A DNA stretch of 64,000 nt from Minisyncoccota bacterium (GCA_032117235.1 JAULZW010000007.1:4091-68090); one strand, 5' to 3'; counted from the first letter of the stretch, positions 10,557 through 19,531 are shown. Notes: generated from the letters alone by a model not told the origin. Made by a program: numbers and translations.

Positions 10557-11267
10557 ATGCAATATATTTTAAATAAAATCATATTGGATGCATTTTTACC
10601 AAATCAATGTGTAGCTTGTCAGAAAATTAATACTGTTAATCTTTGTAGTAATTGTTTAAACTCTATACCTAATACACCTAGCTTATGGTTAAAAGAGCAA
10701 CATTCTGTTCAGCCAATCTTTATACCTAAATCAAACACTATACCAAAAACACTGCGTAAAAACAGCTATCTAGACAGTATATTGAGTTGTACTAATTTTA
10801 AAAATCATATTGTCAAAAAAAGCATACATTACCTAAAATATAAAAATATACCTCAACTATCTCAGCCACTAGGTAGTATTATGCTAAGAGCTCTTAGTCA
10901 GAGTTTAAGAATTAAAGAAAACATTATACTATGTCCAATTCCACTACATCCAAATCGTCTTAGATTTAGAGGATATAATCAGGCTTTACTATTAACTCAA
11001 TATTTAGAATGTAAATTAAATTTACCCATATATAATGGACTTACTAGAATTAGAGATACTCCCAATCAAATGAAAATAACCGATAAAACAACTAGAATAG
11101 AGAATATGAATGATGCATTTGAAGCTAGGCAAGTAGCTGGTTCTGAGGGACAAAATATTATCATCATTGATGACGTGACTACAACTTTATCCACAATACA
11201 GCAAGCTGCCAAAGCACTTTCAAAACAAGGTTTTGCTAGTATAAATGCTTTGATTTTAGCACATTAA
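10557..11267 (+). CDS. comFC: Competence protein ComFC (phosphoribosyltransferase-like). Divergent from the pilus operon.
   Basis: N-terminal Zn-finger CVACQ...CSNCLN. C-terminal PRTase P-loop IIIIDDVTTT. Confidence 0.75.
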   Translation: MQYILNKIILDAFLPNQCVACQKINTVNLCSNCLNSIPNTPSLWLKEQHSVQPIFIPKSNTIPKTLRKNSYLDSILSCTNFKNHIVKKSIHYLKYKNIPQLSQPLGSIMLRALSQSLRIKENIILCPIPLHPNRLRFRGYNQALLLTQYLECKLNLPIYNGLTRIRDTPNQMKITDKTTRIENMNDAFEARQVAGSEGQNIIIIDDVTTTLSTIQQAAKALSKQGFASINALILAH

Positions 11268-11355
11268 GTAAAAGTTGTTGTTAATAATATTATAGTTATG
11301 ATATAATTAATATCACAGAGTATGATTACTTTGATTAATAGATAAAAACACAGAA

Positions 11356-11679
11356 ATGGAAAAGTTTACTGATAAAGAATTTGTATCCTATATTGTAAAA
11401 TCAATTGTGGATAACCCTAATGATGTATTGATTGAAAGAACTGTTGATGAAATGGGTGTTTTAATCACTCTAAAAGTTAACCCAAGTGATATGGGTTATG
11501 TAATTGGAAAATCTGGATCCACTGCTAAAGCCATTCGTTCATTGTTAAGAATAGTAGGTGCTCGTAATAATGCAAGGGTTAATTTAAAGATTTTAGAACC
11601 AGAACAAGGTGCTAGAAAAGAATCTTTACTAGGTAGCCGTGAAGATGTAGACAAAATAGTAGATGACTTAGATATATAG
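11356..11679 (+). CDS. khpA: KH-domain RNA-binding protein (KhpA / YlqC family).
   Basis: 107 aa. KH GXXG loop VIGKSGSTAKAIRSL. Confidence 0.7.
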   Translation: MEKFTDKEFVSYIVKSIVDNPNDVLIERTVDEMGVLITLKVNPSDMGYVIGKSGSTAKAIRSLLRIVGARNNARVNLKILEPEQGARKESLLGSREDVDKIVDDLDI

Positions 11680-11685
11680 CTAAAT

Positions 11686-12378
11686 ATGAGATTTGATGTA
11701 TTGACTATATTTCCGGAGATTGTAGAGTCTTATATCAATACAGGAGTTATAGGTAGAGCCCTAAATTTAAAAAAGACCTTAAATATTGAAGTCCATAATA
11801 TTCGTGATTATACTAAAGATATACATAAAAAAGTAGATGACACGCCATTTGGTGGTGGTGCTGGTATGATTTTACAACTTGAGCCAATTTATAATGCTTT
11901 GAATAATATTATAAAGAATTATCCAAACACTAAAAAACATATAATTTTGACCAAATCTGGAGCGAATATATTTGATCAAAAAAAAGCTATTCAATTAGGA
12001 GAGGATTTCGAACATATTGTATTTATATGTGGAAGATATGAAGGAGTAGATGCTAGAGTAGAACAGTATTTATGCAATGAATCTTTATCAATAGGGCAAT
12101 TTGTATTAACAGGAGGTGAATTGCCTGTACTAGTTATGCTTGATGCAATTTCAAGACATATTCCTGATGTATTAGGTAATAAAGAATCTCTTAAACAAGA
12201 GTCTTGGACTAATACGGACAAACAAGAATACCCACAATACTCTAGACCAGCTATATTTAAGCCTCAACAACCTAAACTTACTAATAAAGATGCTCCTTCT
12301 GATTGGATAGTACCTGAAATTTTATTATCTGGAAACCATAAAGCTATTGAAGATTGGAGAGAACAACATAAAAAATAG
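11686..12378 (+). CDS. trmD: tRNA (guanine37-N1)-methyltransferase TrmD.
   Basis: 230 aa. MRFDVLTIFPE N-terminus, SPOUT-knot motifs (GGGAGMIL, ICGRYEGVD). Confidence 0.9.
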   Translation: MRFDVLTIFPEIVESYINTGVIGRALNLKKTLNIEVHNIRDYTKDIHKKVDDTPFGGGAGMILQLEPIYNALNNIIKNYPNTKKHIILTKSGANIFDQKKAIQLGEDFEHIVFICGRYEGVDARVEQYLCNESLSIGQFVLTGGELPVLVMLDAISRHIPDVLGNKESLKQESWTNTDKQEYPQYSRPAIFKPQQPKLTNKDAPSDWIVPEILLSGNHKAIEDWREQHKK

Positions 12379-12437
12379 TTTCTTACATCCTATGTATATG
12401 ATATAATAATCTCAATATTAAAATATATATTAAAAAT

Positions 12438-12914
12438 ATGACAGATAATAAGTATCCACTAATTTATAGCTATAATGCTCTAGAGTTTGATAAATACCAT
12501 AAATCCCCCACTTGGTATGTTATGTTTTCTGTAATATTTGTATTATTGCTTATATATGCTATAATAACACGGTCTCCTTTAACATTTGTAGTATTTGTAT
12601 TGCTATTTGTAGTTACACTGTTAATTTCTAGCAAAGATCCAGAAGAAATTGTAGTTGAAATTACAAAAAGTGGTATTAATTTAAATAAAAAAACTACATT
12701 TAGATATCAAGATATAGATTCTTTTGGAATATTTATAAGAGACGATGTGAGATTTATCTCGATTTATTTAACAGAAGGAGTGTTAAGATATGCCAGAATT
12801 CCGCTTGGAGAAGAGAATCCAGAAGATATAGCAGATATTTTAGAGCAGTATATTATTCGTGAAGACGGTAAAGAGAGATTTATGGATAAAATAGATCATA
12901 TATTAAAAATTTAA
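12438..12914 (+). CDS. Hypothetical membrane protein (2 TM plus a cytoplasmic domain).
   Basis: ORF with two hydrophobic helices. I recognise no family. Confidence 0.45.
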   Translation: MTDNKYPLIYSYNALEFDKYHKSPTWYVMFSVIFVLLLIYAIITRSPLTFVVFVLLFVVTLLISSKDPEEIVVEITKSGINLNKKTTFRYQDIDSFGIFIRDDVRFISIYLTEGVLRYARIPLGEENPEDIADILEQYIIREDGKERFMDKIDHILKI

Positions 12915-12915
12915 A

Positions 12916-12992
12916 GTACCTATAGCTCAGTTGGATAGAGCGCAGGTTTGCGGAACCTGAGGTCAGAGGTTCGAACCCTCTTGGGTACACCA
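12916..12992 (+). tRNA. tRNA-Arg. Anticodon loop reads TTGCGGA, so the anticodon is GCG. CCA is encoded.
   Basis: Hand-folded cloverleaf: acceptor GTACCTA/TGGGTAC (7 bp, one GU), D-arm GCTC-AGTTGGATA-GAGC, anticodon stem CAGGT/ACCTG, T-arm AGAGG-TTCGAAC-CCTCT, discriminator A plus CCA. Confidence 0.75.
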
Positions 12993-13003
12993 ATATTGTT
13001 ATT

Positions 13004-15130
13004 ATGAATATATTCTATACCCCCATAGAAGATCTAAAACCTAAACCCAATATAAGACTAATTGGGTCTCTAAACAAACTAGGGATTTATAATTTATCAC
13101 AACTTTTACTCTATCCACCTAAAAAATTCATTAACTATAAACATTTTCAGACAATTTCTCAAATATATAATATCCAATCTGGGACTCCAGTTGTACTAGA
13201 AGTAACTATAATTAATAAAAAACAAACCCGGCTACGAGGTAGAAAATTAACATTAGGTGAAGTTACTATTAAAGACAGTACCGGAGAATTTGTTATTACA
13301 TTGTTTAATCAGAAATTATTATTTGAATCTTTACAACTAAATTCCCAATATGCACTATCCGCTATAATTAAGAATGAGACTAAATCCCCTCTTAATAACA
13401 TTAGTTTTGAAAGAATATTACCAAATAAAACTTTATTACATTCTCATAGATTAGTGCCTATTTATCCTGAAACAGCTGGAATTACATCTAAGATGCTTCG
13501 TTATAGAATTAATCTTGCTATTAAACAATTTCCTAATTTACCAGAGACTTTACCAAAATGGATACTAGATACAGCCACTATACCAGATATTAATTCAGCT
13601 ATCCAATATTTACATTACCCTCAGAATACCCAACAAATTAAAAAAGCTAAAGCAAGATTGGTTTTTGAAGAGGCCTTTATAATGCAATTATATATCGCCA
13701 AGCAAAAATTAATTTTTCAATCTAAATATGCTCCTGCTATGATAACTCATACAAGTCATATTAATGAATTTATAAATAATCTAAAATTTAACTTAACAAA
13801 TGCTCAAAAAAAGGCTATTCAAGAAATTTTAGAAGATATCAACAGACCTACTCCAATGAATAGATTATTAGAGGGAGATGTAGGAACTGGAAAAACTATA
13901 GTGGCTATTATTGTTATGCTCAATACTTATTATAACAAATATCAATCTGTATTAATGGCTCCAACGGAAATACTAGCCACTCAACACTTTGAAGGAATTA
14001 CTAAATTAACTGAAAACTTAAACAAACCACCAATAATAGCTCTTATTACCTCCAAAGAATCTCGCATATCTACAGATAAAAATTTAGATTCTTGGACCAC
14101 TATTCCGAAGAAAGATTTACTCAAAAAAATTGAAAGAGGGAATATAAATATTATTATTGGAACTCATAGTGTAATTAGAGAACAATTAAAATACAATAAT
14201 CTAGCTCTAGCTATTGTAGATGAACAGCATCGTTTTGGGGTTAAGCAAAGAGCTGAATTGCAAACAATGATTAGTAAAACAGATGATAAAAGTCCTGATA
14301 CAATATCACATCTTTTAAGTATGACAGCAACCCCTATCCCTAGAACATTAGCCCTTAGTATTTATGGGGATTTAGATTTATCATTACTCAATGAATATCC
14401 AGCTAATAGAAAAGCTATCAAGACTAAATTAGTTCCCCCATCAAAAAGAACAGATGCTTATAATTTTATTCGACAGCATATTACAAGTGGTAGACAAGCC
14501 TTTGTGGTTTGTCCAAAAATTGAAGCTGATGAAAAATCTGACATAAGGTCAGTAGAAGAGACTTTCCTAGACCTATCAAAGAATATATTCCCTGAATTCA
14601 AAGTACAAATGATGCATGGTAAGATGAAAACTGTAGAAAAAGATAATATCATCCAAGCATTCAAACAAAAAGAATTTGATATATTAGTAGCCACATCAGT
14701 TATAGAAGTAGGTATAGACATTCCTAATGCAAGTATTATGCTCATAGAAGGTGCTGAAAGATTTGGACTAGCCCAATTACATCAATTTAGGGGACGTGTG
14801 GGAAGAGGAGAGTATCAATCATTTTGTTTTCTTTTTGAGACAGGAGAAAATGAAGTCTCAATGAATCAAAGACTAAAAGCAATAGAGCAAGCCAATAATG
14901 GCTTTGACTTGGCTGAACAAGATTTAGCTATCAGAGGACCAGGACAATTTATAGGGTCTAATCAATCTGGATTATCCGACATCAGTATGGAGGCTTTGCT
15001 TAATAAAGACATTATATTACAAACTAAAAATATAGTTAATCAGGTATTAACCCAAGATGTTACTCTTAATAGCTATCCGGAATTAAAAACAAGATTATCA
15101 CATTTTGAAGAAAATGTTCATTTTGAATAA
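13004..15130 (+). CDS. recG: ATP-dependent DNA helicase RecG.
   Basis: 708 aa. N-terminal wedge/OB region, Walker A GDVGTGKT, DEQHRFGV (DEQH box), helicase C-terminal motifs. Confidence 0.85.
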   Translation: MNIFYTPIEDLKPKPNIRLIGSLNKLGIYNLSQLLLYPPKKFINYKHFQTISQIYNIQSGTPVVLEVTIINKKQTRLRGRKLTLGEVTIKDSTGEFVITLFNQKLLFESLQLNSQYALSAIIKNETKSPLNNISFERILPNKTLLHSHRLVPIYPETAGITSKMLRYRINLAIKQFPNLPETLPKWILDTATIPDINSAIQYLHYPQNTQQIKKAKARLVFEEAFIMQLYIAKQKLIFQSKYAPAMITHTSHINEFINNLKFNLTNAQKKAIQEILEDINRPTPMNRLLEGDVGTGKTIVAIIVMLNTYYNKYQSVLMAPTEILATQHFEGITKLTENLNKPPIIALITSKESRISTDKNLDSWTTIPKKDLLKKIERGNINIIIGTHSVIREQLKYNNLALAIVDEQHRFGVKQRAELQTMISKTDDKSPDTISHLLSMTATPIPRTLALSIYGDLDLSLLNEYPANRKAIKTKLVPPSKRTDAYNFIRQHITSGRQAFVVCPKIEADEKSDIRSVEETFLDLSKNIFPEFKVQMMHGKMKTVEKDNIIQAFKQKEFDILVATSVIEVGIDIPNASIMLIEGAERFGLAQLHQFRGRVGRGEYQSFCFLFETGENEVSMNQRLKAIEQANNGFDLAEQDLAIRGPGQFIGSNQSGLSDISMEALLNKDIILQTKNIVNQVLTQDVTLNSYPELKTRLSHFEENVHFE

Positions 15131-15139
15131 AAATTAGCC

Positions 15140-16423
15140 TCACAAACTCCAATCAGATTGAATAAATTTATCTAACTTTTTATTATTAATCTTATCATCA
15201 AGACTAAAATTAAATCCTTCTATACCAGATTGTTTTTGAATTTCCAAGTCATACTTATCTAGTTTAGTCAAAGTATAATCAATTACAATATCTTTTGAAC
15301 TATTAACTGGAACTTTAATCTCAAAGCCAGCAATTTTTTTATTATAAGATGTAGTATAATCAACCTCATTCATCCTATTTTCAACACCTATAACACCATT
15401 AACAAAAGAATCCTTAGGTAATAAAACTCTAGTATAAGATTTATAATCATTATTGAGAGGTGAAGCAGATTTAGCTGTATTAATATAAGTAATAATAATT
15501 TTGGAACAAATTTTATCGCCACAGTCCCTAACATCTTTTTTTATAGATCTTTTCATATAATAATCAGTTTTCAAAGCTCCCAAATTAGCATCTACCAACA
15601 TAAAATAATCTCCCTTAATATTAGTGTCTATCTCACCGTCCCAATTTAGTTTGCTAATTTTAGCTTGAATCTTATCATCCTTACTCCAAAGTAAAATTTG
15701 CTTTTGCCGAGCCTGTTCTATAAGCATATTTCCAAGTTTATATAATGTTTGAGGAGAAGCTTTGCGAATTTTATTCTCCATCTGAACTGCTAAATTTTTA
15801 ATTGGCTCTTTACGGTCAGAACGACTTATACCCTTTTCAGCAAATCCAAAATTCAATTCATACTGTACAGATAATAATACATTTTCCGCATTCAATGCAC
15901 CCTCTATTCCTTCAACATATATTGGCCCAATAATCTTTAATATTTCTGGTAAAATAGAAGCATTAAATCCAATAATTCCAGCTATATCTTGAGTCCCCCC
16001 CTCCAATTTATATAAGTCTATAATTTGTTTAGCCGTAGTTGGAAAATCAGGAGACCAATTTGAATCTCTTAATTGCATTGTATTTATACCCAACATATTT
16101 TTATAAGCATCTGGAGCCTCGATACCAGGTTTACCATAATCAAAAACATTTGTATTATAAATAGTATATTTTTTAATTTTACCAGAATTCAAAGTAACTT
16201 CCGCAAAATTTCCAATATAACCTCCTGTTGGTCTTAATTCCAAAGTATTCTGAAATATAACTAAATAAGTAACTTCTTTTTGTGACCTAATAGAATTAAT
16301 AAGATCCAATTCCAACCTATATTTAGACCAGAAAATTGCAATCACAATTATAGCTACAATTACAATAACTACAAATATTAAAGATATAATTTTGAATATA
16401 TTCTTTTTAGAGAAAGACCTCAT
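15140..16423 (-). CDS. DUF4012-family membrane-anchored protein (function unknown, associated with polysaccharide clusters).
   Basis: 427 aa. N-terminal TM, conserved RPTGGYIGNF and DSNWSPDFP motifs shared with the paralog at 51193..53496. Immediately upstream of a GT4 gene. Confidence 0.55.
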   Translation of the reverse strand: MRSFSKKNIFKIISLIFVVIVIVAIIVIAIFWSKYRLELDLINSIRSQKEVTYLVIFQNTLELRPTGGYIGNFAEVTLNSGKIKKYTIYNTNVFDYGKPGIEAPDAYKNMLGINTMQLRDSNWSPDFPTTAKQIIDLYKLEGGTQDIAGIIGFNASILPEILKIIGPIYVEGIEGALNAENVLLSVQYELNFGFAEKGISRSDRKEPIKNLAVQMENKIRKASPQTLYKLGNMLIEQARQKQILLWSKDDKIQAKISKLNWDGEIDTNIKGDYFMLVDANLGALKTDYYMKRSIKKDVRDCGDKICSKIIITYINTAKSASPLNNDYKSYTRVLLPKDSFVNGVIGVENRMNEVDYTTSYNKKIAGFEIKVPVNSSKDIVIDYTLTKLDKYDLEIQKQSGIEGFNFSLDDKINNKKLDKFIQSDWSL

Positions 16424-16427
16424 ACAA

Positions 16428-17636
16428 TCAATATCTTAAAGCCGTATTAACCTGTATCCCAGCTCCACGATATTGACTAGAGTCTCTATAATACACATTC
16501 TCTACAGCCTTAACTATATTATTCCAAGAATAGTGATACTTTATTTCACCCTGTAACATCTCAGATAATTCTAATGCCCCTTTATAGTCACATAACAAAT
16601 TATCCAATTGATGCTTCAGGGAAATTACATTATTAACTCTGGCAACATGTGCTAAATCTCCCACAACCTCTATATTTTCCCTTATATCTGAAACTATAAT
16701 TGGGACACCATAACTACCTGCTTCTAATAATGAAATAGACAACCCTTCCGAAGAGGATGGTAAAACATAAACCGCTGCATTAGCAAATAATTGTTTCAGA
16801 GTTCTACCTGATTGATGACCCGTAAAAATAATATTTTTATCATTATTAGCTAAATTATGTAAATACTTTTCATATTCAGGAGTAAAAGCTCCAGAGCCTA
16901 CAATCACTAGTTTTTTATTATACTTACGAGTCATCTGCTGATAAGCTTGAATCAAAATATGAGCATTTTTATGCTTAACTAGCCTTGCAATAAAAACAAT
17001 ATACCCCCTCTTCTTCAACCCAAATTGAGCCAATTCAGAATCAGAAGTAATATGATTAAAATCTGTACCATTAGGAATATAGGTTGTTTTAATATCAAAT
17101 TCTTTATTAACAAAATACCTAAGACTTTTAGACACCGTAATCACCTCATCAGCAAAATTACAACCCATCCAAGCACCTAGCTTGAGCATAGACTTAGCAA
17201 AAAGATTCCATTTCCCATGATACCAATCCGCACTATGAAAGGTAAATGCAACTTTAGTATATTTGCCACCCAAAATATACTTCAGACCAAACCCAATTCT
17301 AGCAAAAAGAGTAAAAAAAGCAGGTCCAACCGAATTAATATGCAAAACATCCAAGTCAGGAATAAAAAAACTATGCCAAATAGAAGTAAGGGTATGAGTT
17401 CCCGCATCTAGACTTTTAGTAGGAATAGAAGACGTAGCAATAACCTCCACTCCTTTATAATTACCTTCTGGAGCATAAGCTTTACGGGTATACACAATAA
17501 TATCATGACCCCGCCGAGCAAGTCTTACTGCAATATGCTCAACATAATTCTCAACCCCTCCACCAGAAGTTGCAGGTATACCTTTTTGCCCAACAAAAGC
17601 AATTTTCATGACTTGCAAAAATTTAACTATAGTCAT
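16428..17636 (-). CDS. Glycosyltransferase family 4 (GT-B fold).
   Basis: 402 aa. C-terminal EGLSISLLEAGSYGVPIIVSD (the E-X7-E-like region of GT4 retaining transferases). Confidence 0.8.
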   Translation of the reverse strand: MTIVKFLQVMKIAFVGQKGIPATSGGGVENYVEHIAVRLARRGHDIIVYTRKAYAPEGNYKGVEVIATSSIPTKSLDAGTHTLTSIWHSFFIPDLDVLHINSVGPAFFTLFARIGFGLKYILGGKYTKVAFTFHSADWYHGKWNLFAKSMLKLGAWMGCNFADEVITVSKSLRYFVNKEFDIKTTYIPNGTDFNHITSDSELAQFGLKKRGYIVFIARLVKHKNAHILIQAYQQMTRKYNKKLVIVGSGAFTPEYEKYLHNLANNDKNIIFTGHQSGRTLKQLFANAAVYVLPSSSEGLSISLLEAGSYGVPIIVSDIRENIEVVGDLAHVARVNNVISLKHQLDNLLCDYKGALELSEMLQGEIKYHYSWNNIVKAVENVYYRDSSQYRGAGIQVNTALRY

Positions 17637-17736
17637 AAACCGTCATAATTTATGATACCATAAAAATCTATTTTTGTCAAAAAATTATAGCAATCACAAG
17701 TCTATAAAAACGACTCCCCCTGACGACTTAGCGTAA

Positions 17737-17747
17737 GGGGGGGGGGG
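17737..17747. repeat. G11 homopolymer (followed by AGG) just inside the left edge of the GC-rich island. A C5 run lies 17 nt upstream.
   Basis: Read directly. C5...G11 could pair as a hairpin. Long poly-G is also a known two-colour Illumina artefact and a slipped-strand hotspot. Confidence 0.9.
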
Positions 17748-17837
17748 AGGGACAAAAGTGGTATTCAGTTTTTAGTATTTAGTTTTTCAGACTAACTCCC
17801 GGCCTCCAAGGGGGAGTGTATGTGCTTAGTATAGACT

Positions 17838-18413
17838 TTAACTGTAAGTCTCTTCTCCTCTCAAAATGGCTAGTGCTTTGGGCATCATATGGGGTTCATA
17901 GACCCTAATAACTGCTAAAGGTGAAAGGAATCTCCGCTCAATCGTTGCTCCTAACCTATAATCACTACTATCATCAACCCTCTTCCAAGCTAGGTCAGAT
18001 ACGAACAACATAAAGCTTTTGTTGTTCCACTGCTGTTCCATAGTAGGATCAGTAGCAGGAGCTGAAGTATATTTAGTTGTGTGGATAGTAGTTGTGTGGA
18101 TAGAGTTTTTTGTACTGCTATCGTAGGGAACGGGTGTTGATGCCAGAACGGGCGCTGGAGCGGTGGCAACTGATGCAGGCGCTGGAGCGGTGGCAACTGG
18201 TGCCGGTGCTGGAGCGGTGGCAACTGGTGCCGGTGCTGAGGCTGGTATTAGCTCAGATTGTAAAATCCCTTGCCTCTGTCGAGAGCTTTGGATCATACTT
18301 TGAATATCTAACACATCTGCTTTCACAGAAGAGTGGACTTCACTCGCAGCTACAGGAGCTGCAAAGAGCAGGACTGCCGTTGTAAACAGCCCTATAAGAA
18401 ATCGGTTTCTCAT
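17838..18413 (-). CDS. Small secreted protein with a Pro/Ala-rich tandem repeat (APAPVAT units). Foreign GC-rich codon usage. The likely true start is the ATG at 18413, not the TTG at 18494.
   Basis: Signal peptide MRNRFLIGLFTTAVLLFAAPVAASEV begins at an internal ATG preceded by GAGGT. The track's TTG start is the TTGACA -35 hexamer of the promoter. The N-terminal half is about 60% GC. Confidence 0.5.
   Translation of the reverse strand: MRNRFLIGLFTTAVLLFAAPVAASEVHSSVKADVLDIQSMIQSSRQRQGILQSELIPASAPAPVATAPAPAPVATAPAPASVATAPAPVLASTPVPYDSSTKNSIHTTTIHTTKYTSAPATDPTMEQQWNNKSFMLFVSDLAWKRVDDSSDYRLGATIERRFLSPLAVIRVYEPHMMPKALAILRGEETYS
18140..18240. repeat. Tandem 27-nt repeat, about 3.5 copies (CTGGAGCGGTGGCAACTGRTGCMGGYG), encoding APAPVAT/APAPAPVAT/APAPASVAT on the minus strand.
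   Basis: Read directly. Units differ at 2-3 positions. Confidence 0.6.
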
Positions 18414-18465
18414 TGAAACCTCAATAGGACTAATGGACGGCAGCCGACATACTGCCTTGTGGTGA

Positions 18466-18494
18466 TTTATAACATATTTTGTAACTTTTGTCAA
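18466..18494 (-). promoter_or_regulatory. Sigma70-type promoter TTGACA-N17-TATAAA for the 17838..18413 gene.
   Basis: Minus-strand read: TTGACAaaagttacaaaatatgtTATAAA, with the ATG about 50 nt downstream. Confidence 0.4.
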
Positions 18495-18561
18495 TAAATT
18501 ACAAAGATATTTATGTTTTATAAAAAAATAAACTCCTATATTAGGTTATAGTAGTTAGGTA

Positions 18562-18594
18562 TAAAAAAACCACCCTCAACTCTGTGCTGAGGGC
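18562..18594 (-). terminator. Rho-independent terminator after the 18608..19237 gene: CCCTCA-N9-TGAGGG stem followed by a U7 run on the minus strand.
   Basis: Read directly. Minus strand reads CCCTCAGCACAGAGTTGAGGGtggTTTTTTTAT. Confidence 0.5.
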
Positions 18595-18607
18595 GTGATG
18601 TGATGGA

Positions 18608-19237
18608 TCAGTTGTTTTTAGTAAGGAGGCTTGTGGCTTCCTCGTATCTCCCCTGATTAGCAGCTTGGTCGGCTGCTGCGAGGTTGGGATGATGATTGCC
18701 GGCCCGCTTTCTAGCCTTTCTATAGGCATCCTGAGCTTCCTCAGAAGCCGCAAAGCCTTTAAAAGATTCCCTACGTAAAACCTCTCGAGTTTTCAGTGCC
18801 CAATCAAGCTCTTTTTCGCGAAGGAGCTGACTATTAAGGGCTTCACACGAGATGATCGTGTCAGCTCTTACTGAATCGAGGTGGCGGCTAAACTCTTCTT
18901 CTGGAAGGTTTGGCTGAACTGTCGTACTATTCAAGCCTCCGCTCACCCCAGTTCCGAAGAGGGAGAAGGCTGCAGAACCCCCAGTGGAGTTGATATTAGC
19001 AGCCTTGCTCACCACAAGGCGAGATTTAAGGACAACAATCTGTCCGTTGTAGAGGCAGGGGAAGCTGTCCTCCCTCTCAAAACTAGACCTCCCCTCTTGG
19101 CCAGGAGCACCCGGAAATCCGGGCGCAATGGCAGGTGATACTGGGGCTCTATATTCCCAAGCTTTCGCTGGGAGAATAGCCCCAGCCCCAATGACAAAAG
19201 TGGCTAAATACAGCTGAAATCGAGTTAGATTTCTCAT
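18608..19237 (-). CDS. Secreted hypothetical protein (209 aa, signal peptide MRNLTRFQLYLATFVIGAGAILPAKA). Foreign GC-rich codon usage.
   Basis: ORF with a clear Sec signal and AXA cleavage site. About 55-58% GC with C-ending codons against a genome of about 30%. The upstream leader is CU-rich with no SD. Confidence 0.5.
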   Translation of the reverse strand: MRNLTRFQLYLATFVIGAGAILPAKAWEYRAPVSPAIAPGFPGAPGQEGRSSFEREDSFPCLYNGQIVVLKSRLVVSKAANINSTGGSAAFSLFGTGVSGGLNSTTVQPNLPEEEFSRHLDSVRADTIISCEALNSQLLREKELDWALKTREVLRRESFKGFAASEEAQDAYRKARKRAGNHHPNLAAADQAANQGRYEEATSLLTKNN

Positions 19238-19277
19238 GAGAGGACGACGAGGAGATATGGTTTTGAGGGCTAAAGGG

Positions 19278-19336
19278 ACTCTTTAGCACCTTTTAATATA
19301 TATCTACACTGAATATACTAAAAGGTGCTAAAGAGT
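19278..19336. repeat. Perfect 18-bp inverted repeat (ACTCTTTAGCACCTTTTA ... TAAAAGGTGCTAAAGAGT) with a 23-nt loop, in the AT-rich spacer between two island genes.
   Basis: Verified base by base (19278-19295 against 19319-19336). It lies inside the predicted 5' leader of the 18608..19237 gene. A T-run follows on the plus strand. Confidence 0.6.
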
Positions 19337-19422
19337 ATTTTTATCAAAAACCTATCTCTATAAAGATTTAATTATAAATGAGCATCAAATTGGTATAAAT
19401 TATGAATTAATACCATAGGCGG

Positions 19423-19451
19423 AATATAACACAAAATTTTAATTCTGTCAA
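19423..19451 (-). promoter_or_regulatory. Candidate sigma70 promoter TTGACA-N17-TATATT, about 180 nt upstream of the 18608..19237 start.
   Basis: Minus-strand read: TTGACAgaattaaaattttgtgtTATATT. The implied long leader contains the 18-bp hairpin. Confidence 0.35.
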
Positions 19452-19499
19452 ATCATAACAACATCATTGTTATATATTTATAAGTAAAAGAGCCCGCTC

Positions 19500-19531
19500 A
19501 TACATGGGTATGAACGGGCGGGTAAGGTGCT
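19500..19531 (-). terminator. Rho-independent terminator after the 19545..19970 gene (GCCCGTTCAT-N8-ATGAGCGGGC, then TCTTTTACTT).
   Basis: Read directly. 10-bp stem with one mismatch and a U-rich tail. Confidence 0.45.

Noticed and set aside
18110-18385. Plus-strand 91-aa ORF (and other antisense ORFs at 17990..18223 and 18881..19138) inside the GC-rich island.
   Set aside because: They are antisense to signal-peptide-bearing minus-strand genes and arise from the high GC (few stop codons). They have no start context and no signal or TM logic.
18414-18494. N-terminal 27 codons of the 218-aa ORF, which the track starts at a TTG translated as M.
   Set aside because: The TTG is the first triplet of a TTGACA -35 hexamer. 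A proper ATG with a GAGGT SD and a signal peptide begins at 18413, so the extension is promoter sequence, not coding.
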